This document shows positions 34,089 through 44,393 of a DNA stretch of 47,654 nt, one piece after another (positions within the stretch are counted from its first letter, which is position 1; every line of letters begins with the position of its first letter). The translations under genes were made by a program, and so were the position numbers. A model generated the notes under the pieces. The model was not told the DNA's origin. It saw only the letters and a program-made list of their open reading frames with translations, and did not search any database. The DNA comes from Clostridia bacterium (lineage in GTDB: Bacteria > Bacillota > Clostridia > Christensenellales > CAG-138): positions 1 to 47,654 of the forward strand of contig JAUNBH010000006.1 of assembly GCA_030527165.1 (NCBI GenBank). Direction: 5' to 3'.

Positions 34089-35216
34089 TTACCCGTTGAC
34101 GTAGGCGCGCCGTGCCCTCGCCGTGACCAGGCAAGGTATCTCGTAGTTGATTGTGCCGGCCCTTGTGGCGAACTCCTCCAGGGACATGCCGCCCTCCCCA
34201 AACAGCACAACCTCATCGCCGCGCGCCACGTCGAGTCCGGTGACGTCCGCCATGAATGCGTCCATGCAGACCGTACCCACCTGTTCGCAGCGCCGTCCGT
34301 TCACGGTTATCCAACCGTTGTTGGAGAGCTTGCGCGAGTACCCGTCGGCGTAGCCCGCGCCTATCACCGCGAGCGTGCGCGCGCCTGCGGCGGTATACCT
34401 CCTGCCATAGCTCACCGTAGCGCCAGCGGGCACTTCCTTCAACTGGACGACACGCGACTTCAGCGTCATCACCGGAGACAGCGCGCCCGCTTCACGCGGG
34501 AGGTTGTCCGGATACAGGCCGTAGAGCATTATGCCCTCCCTGACCATGTCGAGCCGCATCCACGGATAGGAGAGTATGGCGGCGCTGTTGGCTATGTGAC
34601 AGACGCCCGGGTCTATGCCCAGGGCGATGAGGCCGTCGCGCACGGCGATAAAGCGCTCATACTGAGTCCGCGTAAACGCTTCGCCCGAGGGCGCGTCCGC
34701 CACGCAGAGGTGGGAGTACAACCCGGTGACGCGTATTCCGGCGAGGGAGTGCATGCGCGCGGCGGCGGTGACTGCGTCATGGGGCTCTCCCTGCGCGAAG
34801 AGGCCGCTGCGGCTCATGCCGGTGTCGAGCTTTATGTGACATTTCACCTGCACGCCCATGCGCGTTGCCGCGGCGTTGAGCTCGCAGGCGTGGGCTTCGT
34901 CGACCAGGGTCTGCGTGAGGTCGTGCTGCGCCAGTACCTGCGCGTAGTCGCCGCCGGTGTACCCAAACACCAGTATGGGCAGCGTTATGCCGGCGTTTCT
35001 CAGCTCAAGCGCCTCAGACAGGCACGCCACGGCAAATGCATCCGCGCCGTTGGCCTGCAAAAACCGGCCGCACTCGATGGCGCCGTGCCCATAGGCGTCC
35101 GCCTTGATGACGCACATTACTGCCGCGCCGGGGCGCTTGGCTATATCCAGATTGCGCTTCAGCGCGCCGAGGTCTATTTGCGCCCAGGTGCGCGCATCCT
35201 TTGCGGTTTGAAACAT
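34089..35216 (-). CDS. alr: Alanine racemase
   Basis: PLP-lysine motif VIKADAYGHG. The start MFQTAKDARTWAQIDL (ATG 35216) has a GGAGGA SD; the ORF is open to 35258. Confidence 0.9.
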   Translation of the reverse strand: MFQTAKDARTWAQIDLGALKRNLDIAKRPGAAVMCVIKADAYGHGAIECGRFLQANGADAFAVACLSEALELRNAGITLPILVFGYTGGDYAQVLAQHDLTQTLVDEAHACELNAAATRMGVQVKCHIKLDTGMSRSGLFAQGEPHDAVTAAARMHSLAGIRVTGLYSHLCVADAPSGEAFTRTQYERFIAVRDGLIALGIDPGVCHIANSAAILSYPWMRLDMVREGIMLYGLYPDNLPREAGALSPVMTLKSRVVQLKEVPAGATVSYGRRYTAAGARTLAVIGAGYADGYSRKLSNNGWITVNGRRCEQVGTVCMDAFMADVTGLDVARGDEVVLFGEGGMSLEEFATRAGTINYEIPCLVTARARRAYVNG

Positions 35217-35234
35217 CAGCGTTTTCCTCCGAAT

Positions 35235-35272
35235 CCAAAGACGGGCCCCGGACGACATATCGCGGGGCCCGG
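35235..35272 (-). terminator. Intercistronic hairpin / partial terminator between argF and alr
   Basis: Minus strand: CGGGCCCCG...CGGGGCCCG 9-bp GC stem followed by TCTTTGG. Confidence 0.4.
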
Positions 35273-35290
35273 TAGACTTACAGTGCCGGT

Positions 35291-36280
35291 CTATTTGCCT
35301 ATGGTGGCTACCATGACGGCCTTTATGGTGTGCATGCGGTTCTCCGCCTCGTCGAATACTTTGGAGTACTTCGAGCGGAACACCTCGTCGGAAACCTCCA
35401 TTTCGCTTATGCCGAACTTCTCATACACGTCGCGGCCGACGGCGGTCTCAAGGTCGTGGAACGAGGGCAGGCAGTGGAGGAATATGACGTCCGGATTGCC
35501 GGACATACGCATCAGGTCCATGGTGACGCGGTACGGCTCGAGCAGGCGTATGCGCTCCGCGAACTGATCCTCCTCGCCCATGGATACCCACACGTCGGTG
35601 TACACGGCGTCTGCGCCGGCGACCGCCTCGAGCTCCTCGGAGAAGCTGATGCTCGCGCCCGTGACCTTGGCAACCTCTTCCATCTGCGCCACCAGCGCGG
35701 GGTCCGGGAAGAGCGATTTGGGCGCTATTCCGACGAAGGTCATGCCGAGCTTGGCCGCGCCTATCATGAGTGAATTGCCCATATTATTGCGCGCGTCGCC
35801 CACGTACACGAGCTTGACCTTGTCTATGGGCTTGTGAACGTGCTCCTCAATGGTCATGAAGTCCGCGAGTATCTGCGTGGGGTGGTACATATCGGTCAGT
35901 CCGTTCCACACGGGCACTCCCGCGTGCTTGGCGAGCAGTTCGACGGTCTCCTGCTTGAAGCCACGGTACTCTATGCCGTCGTAGAAGCGGCCGAGCACCT
36001 TTGCGGTGTCCTCGAGCGACTCCTTCTTGCCCATCTGGCTGTTGGAGAGGAAGGTCACCTGGGCGCCCTCGTCGAACGCGGCGACCTCGAAGGCGCAGCG
36101 CGTGCGCGTCGACGTCTTGTCAAACAGCAGCACTATGTTTTTGCCCTCGAGGAGCTTATTGCGTATGCCGAGGCGCTTCTTGGTCTTCAGCTCATGCGAG
36201 AGGTCGAGCAGATAGCGTATTTCCTCGGGCGTAAAGTCCTTCAGCGTGAGAAAGTGACGACCTTTGAGGTTGACGGGCAT
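35291..36280 (-). CDS. argF: Ornithine carbamoyltransferase
   Basis: 329 aa with the motifs [20 protein letters not shown] and HCLP. Confidence 0.92.
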   Translation of the reverse strand: MPVNLKGRHFLTLKDFTPEEIRYLLDLSHELKTKKRLGIRNKLLEGKNIVLLFDKTSTRTRCAFEVAAFDEGAQVTFLSNSQMGKKESLEDTAKVLGRFYDGIEYRGFKQETVELLAKHAGVPVWNGLTDMYHPTQILADFMTIEEHVHKPIDKVKLVYVGDARNNMGNSLMIGAAKLGMTFVGIAPKSLFPDPALVAQMEEVAKVTGASISFSEELEAVAGADAVYTDVWVSMGEEDQFAERIRLLEPYRVTMDLMRMSGNPDVIFLHCLPSFHDLETAVGRDVYEKFGISEMEVSDEVFRSKYSKVFDEAENRMHTIKAVMVATIGK

Positions 36281-36310
36281 TGTAGTTCTCCTTTGCGTAA
36301 AGTTGTGTTG

Positions 36311-37387
36311 TCATTCATTGATATAAGCGCGCTTCACATACCTGCTTGTGAACAGCCTAAGCAGGCTTCCATAGCCGGGTCTAAAGCGGATAACATCGCC
36401 AACATTGTAACCAGGGGCATGTGTCAAGTCAACAATTAAATGGTCAGAGCTTGCGCCGAGAATAGATATATTATCATCGAGCGCGGCAAGCGATTCGGCG
36501 TCTGCATCCTGACGCCCTATCGCGCAAATGGCGCGGAGCTGCTCGCCCTTGTCCTCGAAGCGCACATACTCGCCGAAGGCGTTGGGGCCGGCTTTACCTA
36601 TCGGTACGCTGGGCTTGCGCTTCAGCTCCACTATTTCCGCTTCGAGCGTGAACGCGTCCGTGCAGAGAAAATCTACCGGCGTGCCGGTGGATGTATCGTT
36701 GCCGAGCACGAACGATTCACCTAGGCGCAGATGGTTTATGCCCTTGGGCACGCTGCCCTCGAGCAGCATGGCCATCGTGCTGCTGTTGCCGCCGGATACT
36801 ATGGGCAGTTCAACACCCAGCCCCTCGCGTATGCTCTGCGCGATATCCGCCAGCGCCGTCAGGTTTTCCCGGCTGGGCAGTATGCCGCCGTAGCAGGTGA
36901 GGTTGACGCCTATCCCCGCGAGCGAGAGCCCGCTGCAGCCGGCAGTCAGCCGCGCGGCGTCCAGTATGGCGTCGCGCTCTGAGAAGAACAGCCCCTCGCG
37001 TAGGTCGCCCATGTCCACCATCAGCAGCACCGCGTGGCGCACACCCAGCTTCCGTGCGGCGGCGTCGAGCGCGAGTATCGTGGCGGGCTCTGACTGCAAG
37101 CTCATGTCGCTGTCGGTCACTACCGCCTCCGCCTCGGACGGCATGGCTATCCTAAGCAGCAGCTTGGGCTTGCAGGTGCTCGCCGCGCGGAGGTTTTCAA
37201 GCCTGCTGTCGGCTATCATGTCGGCGGCGCTGTCGTCTATTAGCTTCACTATGCGCTCGTCGGCGCAGAACACCTTTGTCACTATCGCCACGGCTATTCC
37301 CTGCGAATGGCAGAGCGTGGTCAATGCGTCCAAATTGCGGCGCAGCTTAGGCAAATCGACCGTTACCCTCGGATACAATGTGCGCAC
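36311..37387 (-). CDS. orr: Ornithine racemase (alanine/ornithine racemase family, PLP-dependent)
   Basis: 358 aa with an Alr-N-like TIM barrel (AIVTKVFC). Its position at the end of the ora/ort cluster matches the described ornithine fermentation locus. Confidence 0.8.
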   Translation of the reverse strand: MRTLYPRVTVDLPKLRRNLDALTTLCHSQGIAVAIVTKVFCADERIVKLIDDSAADMIADSRLENLRAASTCKPKLLLRIAMPSEAEAVVTDSDMSLQSEPATILALDAAARKLGVRHAVLLMVDMGDLREGLFFSERDAILDAARLTAGCSGLSLAGIGVNLTCYGGILPSRENLTALADIAQSIREGLGVELPIVSGGNSSTMAMLLEGSVPKGINHLRLGESFVLGNDTSTGTPVDFLCTDAFTLEAEIVELKRKPSVPIGKAGPNAFGEYVRFEDKGEQLRAICAIGRQDADAESLAALDDNISILGASSDHLIVDLTHAPGYNVGDVIRFRPGYGSLLRLFTSRYVKRAYINE

Positions 37388-37394
37388 CTCCGTT

Positions 37395-38756
37395 TCAGGC
37401 TGGTTTAAGACTGCGTTTCATTAGCTTGAGCGCGTCGGCAGGGAAGCGCCTTGCGAGCACTCCGGCTGACGCCATTATGTAGTCGTCGTCGTGGAGCGTC
37501 GTTAGCTCCCCGGGTTTGGGGTAGAGCATTGCGCCGTGCTTGTTGCAGTCGGCTATGCCGCGCAAGAGCGCCGCCCTGTCCGGCAGTCGCGTCAGCGCGC
37601 CGCCGGTGCCAATTATGCTCGCGGTTATGGACAGGTCCTTGCCCTCGGCGATCGTCTGCCTGCCCTGCGGCGAGTAGATATAGCGCAGCTCTCCGGCGTG
37701 GCGGCGCACCGCGGTGATACCCGCCTCGAGGCACAGCCTCTGCGTGAGCGCGAACTGCTCCGGCGTGTCGGGCACGGGCTTGTAGCGTTCCATTGTGCGC
37801 CCGACGTCTATACCGAGTTCGGCGCGGAGCCTGTCCTCGCCTATAAGGCGGACGAGGTTGGCGGCGTTGACATAGAGCCCAAGGTCGCCCTCGACCGTGC
37901 GCTTGGCCATGGGTTCGGGTGAAATGAGCATGGCGGCTATCTCGGGCGAGCCCTCAGTGACGGAGTGAACGTCCGTAGTGGCGCCGCCTATGTCCACGAC
38001 GAGCAGGTCGCCCATGTCCTCGTACAGCAGCCGCGCCGCCTCCATGACCGCGCCGGGAGTGGGCATTATGCTGCCGGACACCATATCGCGTATGCGCTCC
38101 ATGCCCGGAGCCTTGACTATGTGCTCCTCGAACGCGGCGTGTATGAGCCGGCGCGCGGGCTCTATGTTCAGCTTGTCGAGCTTGGGATATACGTTTTCGG
38201 TAGTGTAGCAGGGTATTCCTGCCTGCTCGAGCGCCGCTTCGACCTCGCGCCGGCACTGCACATTGCCCGCGAATATGACGGGCGTCTTAAGTCCGGATGC
38301 GGCTATGGCGCGCGCGTTGAAGACGGCGGTGTCGCGCTCGCCGTAGTCGGTGCCGCCGGCGATCATTATGAGGTTGGGGCGCTGCGCGTGGAGTTCGTCT
38401 ATGTCGCCGGGAGTGAGCTTTCCCGCCGTCGCCATGCGCACTATGGCGCCCGCGCCCAGCGCGGCGGCGTGCGCGGCGCGCACGGTCATGTCGTAAACCA
38501 GGCCGTGCACGCACATGCGGAGTCCGCCCGCGGCGCTCGACGTGGCGAACATCTCGCGGTAGCTCACCTGAGTTCCCAGGCGGCGGGACAAATCCTCTAT
38601 GGCGGCGCGCAGACCGATTCTCACGTCGCCGTCGAGCACGGAGGTGGCGGCCTGCCCCTGGCACACGAAGCGCACGCCGTCCGTGCCGATGCCGTCAAAT
38701 GCGTTCACGAGCGTCGTGGTCGAGCCTATTTCCGCAACCAGAATGTCAACAGTCAT
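37395..38756 (-). CDS. GlmL-related ornithine-degradation protein (putative aminomutase reactivase/chaperone)
   Basis: 453 aa with an ASKHA-type fold (VAEIGSTTT, VVDIGGATTDVHS). It lies directly downstream of oraE. Confidence 0.75.
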   Translation of the reverse strand: MTVDILVAEIGSTTTLVNAFDGIGTDGVRFVCQGQAATSVLDGDVRIGLRAAIEDLSRRLGTQVSYREMFATSSAAGGLRMCVHGLVYDMTVRAAHAAALGAGAIVRMATAGKLTPGDIDELHAQRPNLIMIAGGTDYGERDTAVFNARAIAASGLKTPVIFAGNVQCRREVEAALEQAGIPCYTTENVYPKLDKLNIEPARRLIHAAFEEHIVKAPGMERIRDMVSGSIMPTPGAVMEAARLLYEDMGDLLVVDIGGATTDVHSVTEGSPEIAAMLISPEPMAKRTVEGDLGLYVNAANLVRLIGEDRLRAELGIDVGRTMERYKPVPDTPEQFALTQRLCLEAGITAVRRHAGELRYIYSPQGRQTIAEGKDLSITASIIGTGGALTRLPDRAALLRGIADCNKHGAMLYPKPGELTTLHDDDYIMASAGVLARRFPADALKLMKRSLKPA

Positions 38757-38801
38757 ACTCTTGTCAAGGAGGAGGCGGAGCGCCTCCTCGCCCGGTATGG
38801 G

Positions 38802-41024
38802 CTATATGCCCTCGAGCTCGCGCCTGCGCTCTACGAGGAATGTAGCCACGTGGACGCCCTTGGTACCCCTTCCGAAGCCCTCGTCTGCGCCGTGGGCGCG
38901 CGCGAGCTCCGGCGTGACCTGGGTACCGCCCGCGCAGAACATCAGCTTGTCGCGGACGCCCATCTCGCGGGCGAGCCGGTCTATGCGCTCTATGTTCTTG
39001 TAGTGAATGTCGTCATGGCTGATTATCGTGGACGCGAGCACCGCGTCGGCGTTGAGCTCAATGGCGGCGTTGACGAGCTTCTCCGGCGGCACGGACGTGC
39101 CGAGGTAGTGGACTTCGATGCCGTACTTCTCTATGCCGCCGTGCTTTATGTCGATTATCTCGCGCAGCCCGACGGAGTGTTCGTCCTGGCCGATGGTGGC
39201 GCACACCACGCGCATGGGCCTGCGCTCGATCTCAGCCCGTATCTCGTCGTCGCCCATCACCTTGGGCTCCTCCGGTATCACGAGGTCGCTCAGCCGTATG
39301 GAGAACGGCGCCTTCGCCTTGACCTCTATGCGCGTCCCGTCCTGCTCGTGCATTACCTCCCGGTTGATGACCTCGCACTCCGTGAGGTTCATCTTGTGGG
39401 CGGCTTCCAGCGCGGCAGCCTCGGCGATGCGCCTCGGGGCGGGGAAGAACATCGTCAGCAGCACCGTGCCGTCGGCTAACCATTCCATCTCCGGCCGCAG
39501 CAGCTCTCCGCCGGGCTTGTGGTCGCGCACATCAGCCATGCGGACGTTGACGTTGTCCGTGTCGTCGAGTTCGTCTATGTAGATTATCTTGTCGGGGCGC
39601 TCCAGCGTACAGCCGCCTATCAGCGCCGAGGGATTTTCGCGGTACTCCGCGCCGTACTGTTCTGCGTTATTGTAGCCGTAGTGGGCGGTTACGGGCGCCA
39701 TATAGTCGGCGTCGCGCTTAAACACCGTGCCCGCGCCTATGCCGCCGTCCGCCTTTCTGACTATGCCGTCGCCGTTGCGCTCCGGGTAGCAGCCCGAATC
39801 GACGAAGAAGCCCTCCTCGACGGCGTTGAAGTAGCCGCCCATGTCGAGCATCTCCTCCATGAACAGCACCGCGCGCTCCTTGAGCTCGCGCGCCTTCTCG
39901 CGCAGATAGCCGTCGCGCTTGAGCTCTACCATCTCCATGAGCCCGTCCAGCCCGACCAGCGTCTGCTTCGCGGTGTCGCACGCCTCTATGTTGTATATGT
40001 GCCACGGCACGTTCCTGCCCTCGTCCGGCGTTATGGTGGACTGTATGTCCGCGCTCGTGAGCTTGGATATAAACATGTTTAGCACATGCGTTACGGTGGC
40101 CTCGCGTGTGGAGGCCTCTATGTACTTGGTGTTCATCTGGGCGCGCATCCTGTACTCGTGGAACAGCTCCCGCAGCGCCACGGCGTACGGGAGATCCATG
40201 TAGACGCAGGGCGCGGGGGTGGCGGTAGGCGGCACGGTGGAGAGGCAGATGTTCTCCTTGGGAACGCCTACCCGCGCCGAGAATATGGAGTTGATGGCGT
40301 GCTGCACCATCAATTCCGGCATGACCTTCCACGCCTCGCGCGCTGTCGCGTTTGCGTTGTGCGCGCCGTCAATCTGCGCCATGCCCGCCCATGCGATGAG
40401 CTTTTTGGATTCGCACGCGTCCACGAAAGAACGCACCATGTTGATGTTTCTGTATATGACGTTGTACTGTGGGTCCTGGTGGACTCCGTTTACGCCTTCC
40501 TCCGCGAACATCACGGCAATATCCGGGCCTGCCACGCCCGAAACATAGCTGTGGTAATTGATGGGTCTGCCGACCTCGTCCTCTATCATGTCGAGCGCTT
40601 TGCGCTGTGCGCGCACTTGCTTCCGCGTTATGGGGACGCCGCCCATGCCCTGGGGCGTGCCCTCTATCAGCCCGTCAAAGTGCGACTGGCCCGCCGTGCG
40701 GATTACCATAATGTGATCCGCGCCGTGATGCGCCGCCATGCGCATCCTGCGAATGTCGTCCTCAAAGCGGCCGGAGGCGATTTCCGTGGTTATTACGGGC
40801 GCGGGCTGCGGGTCTATGTTGTCGAAATAGTGCGCCGGGGGGAGCGGCGTGGAGCGCTTGAGGGGCTCGGTGCAGTCGCGGTATGTGAATGGCCCCAGCT
40901 TGAGCCCGGGCGCGGGCTTGCGCCACGTCCAGCCTCTGCGCCTGGGCCGGTAGGATTCCAAGTCCTTGAGTATTTCGTCCACGTCTATGGGCTTATTGGG
41001 GTCGAGCCTGTATTCGTTCATCAC
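38802..41024 (-). CDS. oraE: D-ornithine 4,5-aminomutase, large (beta) subunit
   Basis: 740 aa. Long stretches are near-identical to my recollection of C. sticklandii OraE (ITTEIASGRFEDDIRRMRMAA, GTPQGMGGVPITRKQVRAQRKALD, STITPDEGRNVPWHIYNIEACDTAKQ). It has a C-terminal B12-binding domain. Confidence 0.95.
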   Translation of the reverse strand: MMNEYRLDPNKPIDVDEILKDLESYRPRRRGWTWRKPAPGLKLGPFTYRDCTEPLKRSTPLPPAHYFDNIDPQPAPVITTEIASGRFEDDIRRMRMAAHHGADHIMVIRTAGQSHFDGLIEGTPQGMGGVPITRKQVRAQRKALDMIEDEVGRPINYHSYVSGVAGPDIAVMFAEEGVNGVHQDPQYNVIYRNINMVRSFVDACESKKLIAWAGMAQIDGAHNANATAREAWKVMPELMVQHAINSIFSARVGVPKENICLSTVPPTATPAPCVYMDLPYAVALRELFHEYRMRAQMNTKYIEASTREATVTHVLNMFISKLTSADIQSTITPDEGRNVPWHIYNIEACDTAKQTLVGLDGLMEMVELKRDGYLREKARELKERAVLFMEEMLDMGGYFNAVEEGFFVDSGCYPERNGDGIVRKADGGIGAGTVFKRDADYMAPVTAHYGYNNAEQYGAEYRENPSALIGGCTLERPDKIIYIDELDDTDNVNVRMADVRDHKPGGELLRPEMEWLADGTVLLTMFFPAPRRIAEAAALEAAHKMNLTECEVINREVMHEQDGTRIEVKAKAPFSIRLSDLVIPEEPKVMGDDEIRAEIERRPMRVVCATIGQDEHSVGLREIIDIKHGGIEKYGIEVHYLGTSVPPEKLVNAAIELNADAVLASTIISHDDIHYKNIERIDRLAREMGVRDKLMFCAGGTQVTPELARAHGADEGFGRGTKGVHVATFLVERRRELEGI

Positions 41025-41386
41025 TTAGCGCCTCCTTCAAACAGCTTTTCCGCGTCGTCCCACATCTCGTTCGCGCACAGCGCGAGACCGGCGTCGCGTA
41101 TGCTCAGGGCGCGCGCCCGTGCGAGGCGGTATACGACGTTGCCCGCGCCGTGGCTTATGAGCCTGCGCTCGACGCAGCCGTTCACTATCTCCTTCGCCTC
41201 GAGCGACGAGAAGCCCATTCGCAGCAGCACGGAGCGCTCGACCGCCGGGGACGTGTACTCGTAGCCCATCTGGAGCATGGGGTCGACGAGCTTATTGGCG
41301 AGCTCCCAGAAGCGCGCCTCCAGCTCCGCGTCCGTCAGCGCCTTGAGATGGGCGCTCCTGGATTCGTAGTCGTCTGTTCTCTTCAT
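41021..41386 (-). CDS. oraS: D-ornithine 4,5-aminomutase, small (alpha) subunit
   Basis: 121 aa: ERSVLLRMGFSSLEAKEIV ... REAGLAL-type sequence. It overlaps oraE by 4 bp. Confidence 0.92.
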   Translation of the reverse strand: MKRTDDYESRSAHLKALTDAELEARFWELANKLVDPMLQMGYEYTSPAVERSVLLRMGFSSLEAKEIVNGCVERRLISHGAGNVVYRLARARALSIRDAGLALCANEMWDDAEKLFEGGAK

Positions 41387-42798
41387 GCCTTAACTCCTCC
41401 TCTAAGTGTGTCGAGCGCTGCGCGCACATATGCCTCGTCCGTGTTGGTCTCCTCGACGAGGAACCGGATGTCCGTGGGCGTGAGCTCGTCGAGCTTCGAG
41501 CCCACGGCGTTCTTAATAGCGGAGCGCCTGAGGTGATCCATGTCAACGTCGGCGACGCTCAAAAGCGAGGGGTGGGCGGGGAGCACTATGCTCTCGCCGG
41601 GAACCTCCTGCGACGGGTCGCCGAAGCGTATATCGATGCCGTTTTGCCTGGCGAACCAGAGCTGCGGGTTGATGTGCTTGCCCGCCCCGGTGTACTCCGT
41701 CTCCTGCACGACTATTATCTCGTCCTCGTCCATGTCCTGCGCTATTCTAAACGCCGCGGCGAGCGCGGTATTGCCCGCCGGGCCCTTCTCGAGTCCTTCG
41801 AGCGACGCGAGGCATTCGGTGATATAGAATACGCTTCCCTGCGCGACGGTTACATATCTGTCCATGTAGCGCAATGGGCGGCCGGCGCTGCGCGGCACGT
41901 CCGAGCGGTCCGGGTTAGTCGCAAAAGGCACCCCGAAGCCGGTGTGGCCGGTGGTGAACGATTTCCTGTTAAACTGCGTGTCGGACGCCATGTGCAGGCC
42001 GGAGAGGTTCACGCTGGCGCCTATGAGCTTGGCATGGCAGCCGGCCTTGCGCAGGCCGCGCGCGGTACCTGTGAGGTTGCCGCCGCCCGCGTTGGTGCAG
42101 ACCACCGCGTCGGGGTCGCGCCCGAGCTTAGCGCGGAATTGCTGCGCTATCTCGTAGCCCAGCGTCTCGATTCCCGCTATGCCGAAAGGCGTGTAGAGGG
42201 AGGAGTTGAAGTAGCCCGTCTCCTCGAGCAGCTTGAGGAACGTGTAGAACAACTCCGGCCCGACCGTGAGCTGTACGACCTCCGCGCCGAGCGCCTCGCA
42301 CTTGCGCGCCTTCTCGATTATCTCCGGCTGGCCCACCCCGCGCGAGTCGTAGCACTCCTGCACGACTATGCACTTGAGACCCGCCATGGCGGCATGGGAA
42401 GCCACTGCCGCGCCGTAGTTGCCGCTCGTGGCGGCTATGACGCCCCGATACCCGTGCGTCGCCGCATGATAGACGCTCGTTGCGGAGCGGCGCGCCTTGA
42501 AGCTGCCGGAGGGGTTCGAGGCTTCGTCCTTGACGAATATGCGCGCACCCTTGCCGCGGGGGGCGCACTTGCGCGCGAGCGCGGTCAGGTTCTTCAGCTC
42601 TATTATGGGCGTGTTGCCCACCGAGAACAAGCTCTGTATCCGTATGAGCTCGTCGATATCGTAGCCGGTAGCGGCCATCATCGCCTCGTAGTCAAAGGCT
42701 ATCGTGCCCCGCTCGAACTGCGAGTAATCCATGCCCACTGCGGTGCGCATTATCTCATTTCGGCGCGACATGACGCCGTTGTAACTCATATCCCTCAT
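41383..42798 (-). CDS. ortB: 2-amino-4-oxopentanoate thiolase, beta subunit (PLP-dependent)
   Basis: 471 aa with a tryptophan-synthase-beta-like fold (NPSGSFKARR PLP lysine). It sits between ortA and oraS. Confidence 0.88.
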   Translation of the reverse strand: MRDMSYNGVMSRRNEIMRTAVGMDYSQFERGTIAFDYEAMMAATGYDIDELIRIQSLFSVGNTPIIELKNLTALARKCAPRGKGARIFVKDEASNPSGSFKARRSATSVYHAATHGYRGVIAATSGNYGAAVASHAAMAGLKCIVVQECYDSRGVGQPEIIEKARKCEALGAEVVQLTVGPELFYTFLKLLEETGYFNSSLYTPFGIAGIETLGYEIAQQFRAKLGRDPDAVVCTNAGGGNLTGTARGLRKAGCHAKLIGASVNLSGLHMASDTQFNRKSFTTGHTGFGVPFATNPDRSDVPRSAGRPLRYMDRYVTVAQGSVFYITECLASLEGLEKGPAGNTALAAAFRIAQDMDEDEIIVVQETEYTGAGKHINPQLWFARQNGIDIRFGDPSQEVPGESIVLPAHPSLLSVADVDMDHLRRSAIKNAVGSKLDELTPTDIRFLVEETNTDEAYVRAALDTLRGGVKA

Positions 42799-43097
42799 GC
42801 GTCCTCACCTCCGAACAGTATCTCGCGGACGCTGTCGCCTATTTCGAGCACTTCGGGGACGAGTCCGCCAAAGCTGTGAGTGAAGTACGGGGCCTCGTCT
42901 ACGAGCGTACCGCGCTCTATGCGCCCTGTGCGCGTCCGGACAGCTGCCTCGCAGCCCGGCTCCGCGTTCGCGAGCAAGCGCCCCTTCACCCACATTTCGA
43001 GGGGTACGCGCTTAGTGTCCTGGGGCAGGTTTGCGGAGCGCTCCCCGGGTTGCAGCACTATGCTGTGTATCTGTACCCAATCGCCTTTTTTTGCCAT
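42795..43097 (-). CDS. ortA: 2-amino-4-oxopentanoate thiolase, alpha subunit
   Basis: About 100 aa. I chose the start MAKKGDWVQIH (ATG 43097) because GGAGG lies 5 nt upstream. The alternative ATG 43109 has no SD. Confidence 0.85.
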   Translation of the reverse strand: MAKKGDWVQIHSIVLQPGERSANLPQDTKRVPLEMWVKGRLLANAEPGCEAAVRTRTGRIERGTLVDEAPYFTHSFGGLVPEVLEIGDSVREILFGGEDA

Positions 43098-43136
43098 ATA
43101 TGCCTCCATATCGCGAATAGACGCGGCGGTGCGCCG

Positions 43137-44183
43137 CTATCTCTCTATGTAATCCCTGAAGTCGCCCATTATAGCCCTCGGCACGGGCAGGTCGAGCATA
43201 GTCCTGAGGCCCGGCTTGGCGTTTATTACATGAGGTATCATATTGACCACCATGGCAATGGTGCCTATGCCGCCGTCGACCTCCGGGTTTATTGCCATGT
43301 TCACCGCCGGAGAGCCCTCCAGTATGATGTAGTCGCCGGTGTGCGTCCCCTCGAGCTCCGGCTCTATCTGCTGCGGGTGATACATATCTATCTTCACCTC
43401 GTCCCCGCAGTAGCCCTGCCCGGTCATGTTGACGCCGGCGACGTCGCCCGCGGCGGCGAAGCCGTAGGGAGACTTGCGGTCAACCGACGTGACTATGGGC
43501 TGCATCTGCTGCTCGAACCTGTCAATCTTCCAGCCGAGCGCCTCGGCAATCATGCCCACGGATTCCGCAAAGCCGACGTGCCCCGCGAGTGAACCGGAGT
43601 TCATCTCAGCCGTGAACTTGTCTACGCTCATCCCGACGCCCTGCTCCTCCATGACGGCGGGTCCGAAGGGCGAGAGACTGTTGACCCTGCGGCAGGTGAC
43701 CTTCCTGACGTCAGTCATGCAGCCGGAGAGGCATATGGCGAGCAGATCCATCATCAGTCCGGGATTTATGCCCGTGCCGAGCACGGATACGCCGTTTTCC
43801 TTGGCGAGGCGGTCAATCTCCGCCGCCAGCTCCGGCTCCTGCGCCCGCGGATAGCTCATTTCCTCCGCCGTAGATACGACGTTCACGCCGCGCTCTACGA
43901 CGAACTTGATCTTGTCGAACGCCTTGCGCGTAAACGAGTCCGTCGCAATGACGCAAACATCGCACAGGCCGCTGCGTACCACCTGGGTTATGTTGGGATT
44001 GACCACGACGTCCGCCCTGTCGCCGCGCTCTACGCCCAGCAGTTCAAATATGCTCTTGCCCACGCGATTCGGATGTATGTCGCACACCGAGACGACGTCC
44101 ACGCCCTTCTTTGAAAGGAGCACTTCCGCTACGCCACCGCCCATCGCGCCAAAACCCCAAATTGCAACCTTCACGTTTTCCAT
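43137..44183 (-). CDS. ord: 2,4-diaminopentanoate dehydrogenase
   Basis: 348 aa with an N-terminal Rossmann motif VAIWGFGAMGGG and a DapB-like fold. It is the first gene of the ornithine cluster. Confidence 0.88.
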   Translation of the reverse strand: MENVKVAIWGFGAMGGGVAEVLLSKKGVDVVSVCDIHPNRVGKSIFELLGVERGDRADVVVNPNITQVVRSGLCDVCVIATDSFTRKAFDKIKFVVERGVNVVSTAEEMSYPRAQEPELAAEIDRLAKENGVSVLGTGINPGLMMDLLAICLSGCMTDVRKVTCRRVNSLSPFGPAVMEEQGVGMSVDKFTAEMNSGSLAGHVGFAESVGMIAEALGWKIDRFEQQMQPIVTSVDRKSPYGFAAAGDVAGVNMTGQGYCGDEVKIDMYHPQQIEPELEGTHTGDYIILEGSPAVNMAINPEVDGGIGTIAMVVNMIPHVINAKPGLRTMLDLPVPRAIMGDFRDYIER

Positions 44184-44219
44184 GCATTGCCTCCAAAACC
44201 GTTATTTCGTTTTCAAGGG

Positions 44220-44248
44220 ATTATATCACGGAGCCATACCCTTGTTAA
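44220..44248 (-). promoter_or_regulatory. SigA promoter candidate of the ord operon
   Basis: Minus strand: TTAACA (44243-48), 17-nt spacer, TG-extended TATAAT (GTGATATAAT, 44220-29). Confidence 0.55.
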
Positions 44249-44293
44249 GCGCAAGCCAGAATATATCGCGGCGTTTTGCGGGTTTAATGGCGC

Positions 44294-44322
44294 TTGTTAT
44301 GAGCGTGCACAGGTGATATAAT
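44294..44322 (+). promoter_or_regulatory. SigA promoter candidate of the ECF sigma operon
   Basis: TTGTTA (44294-99), 17-nt spacer, TG-extended TATAAT (GTGATATAAT, 44313-22). Confidence 0.55.
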
Positions 44323-44393
44323 GTTTTTGAATATCTTACGCTTCCGGCGCAACCATTGCCGGCGCGAATACGTTTAGATAGTAGGATTCGGTG

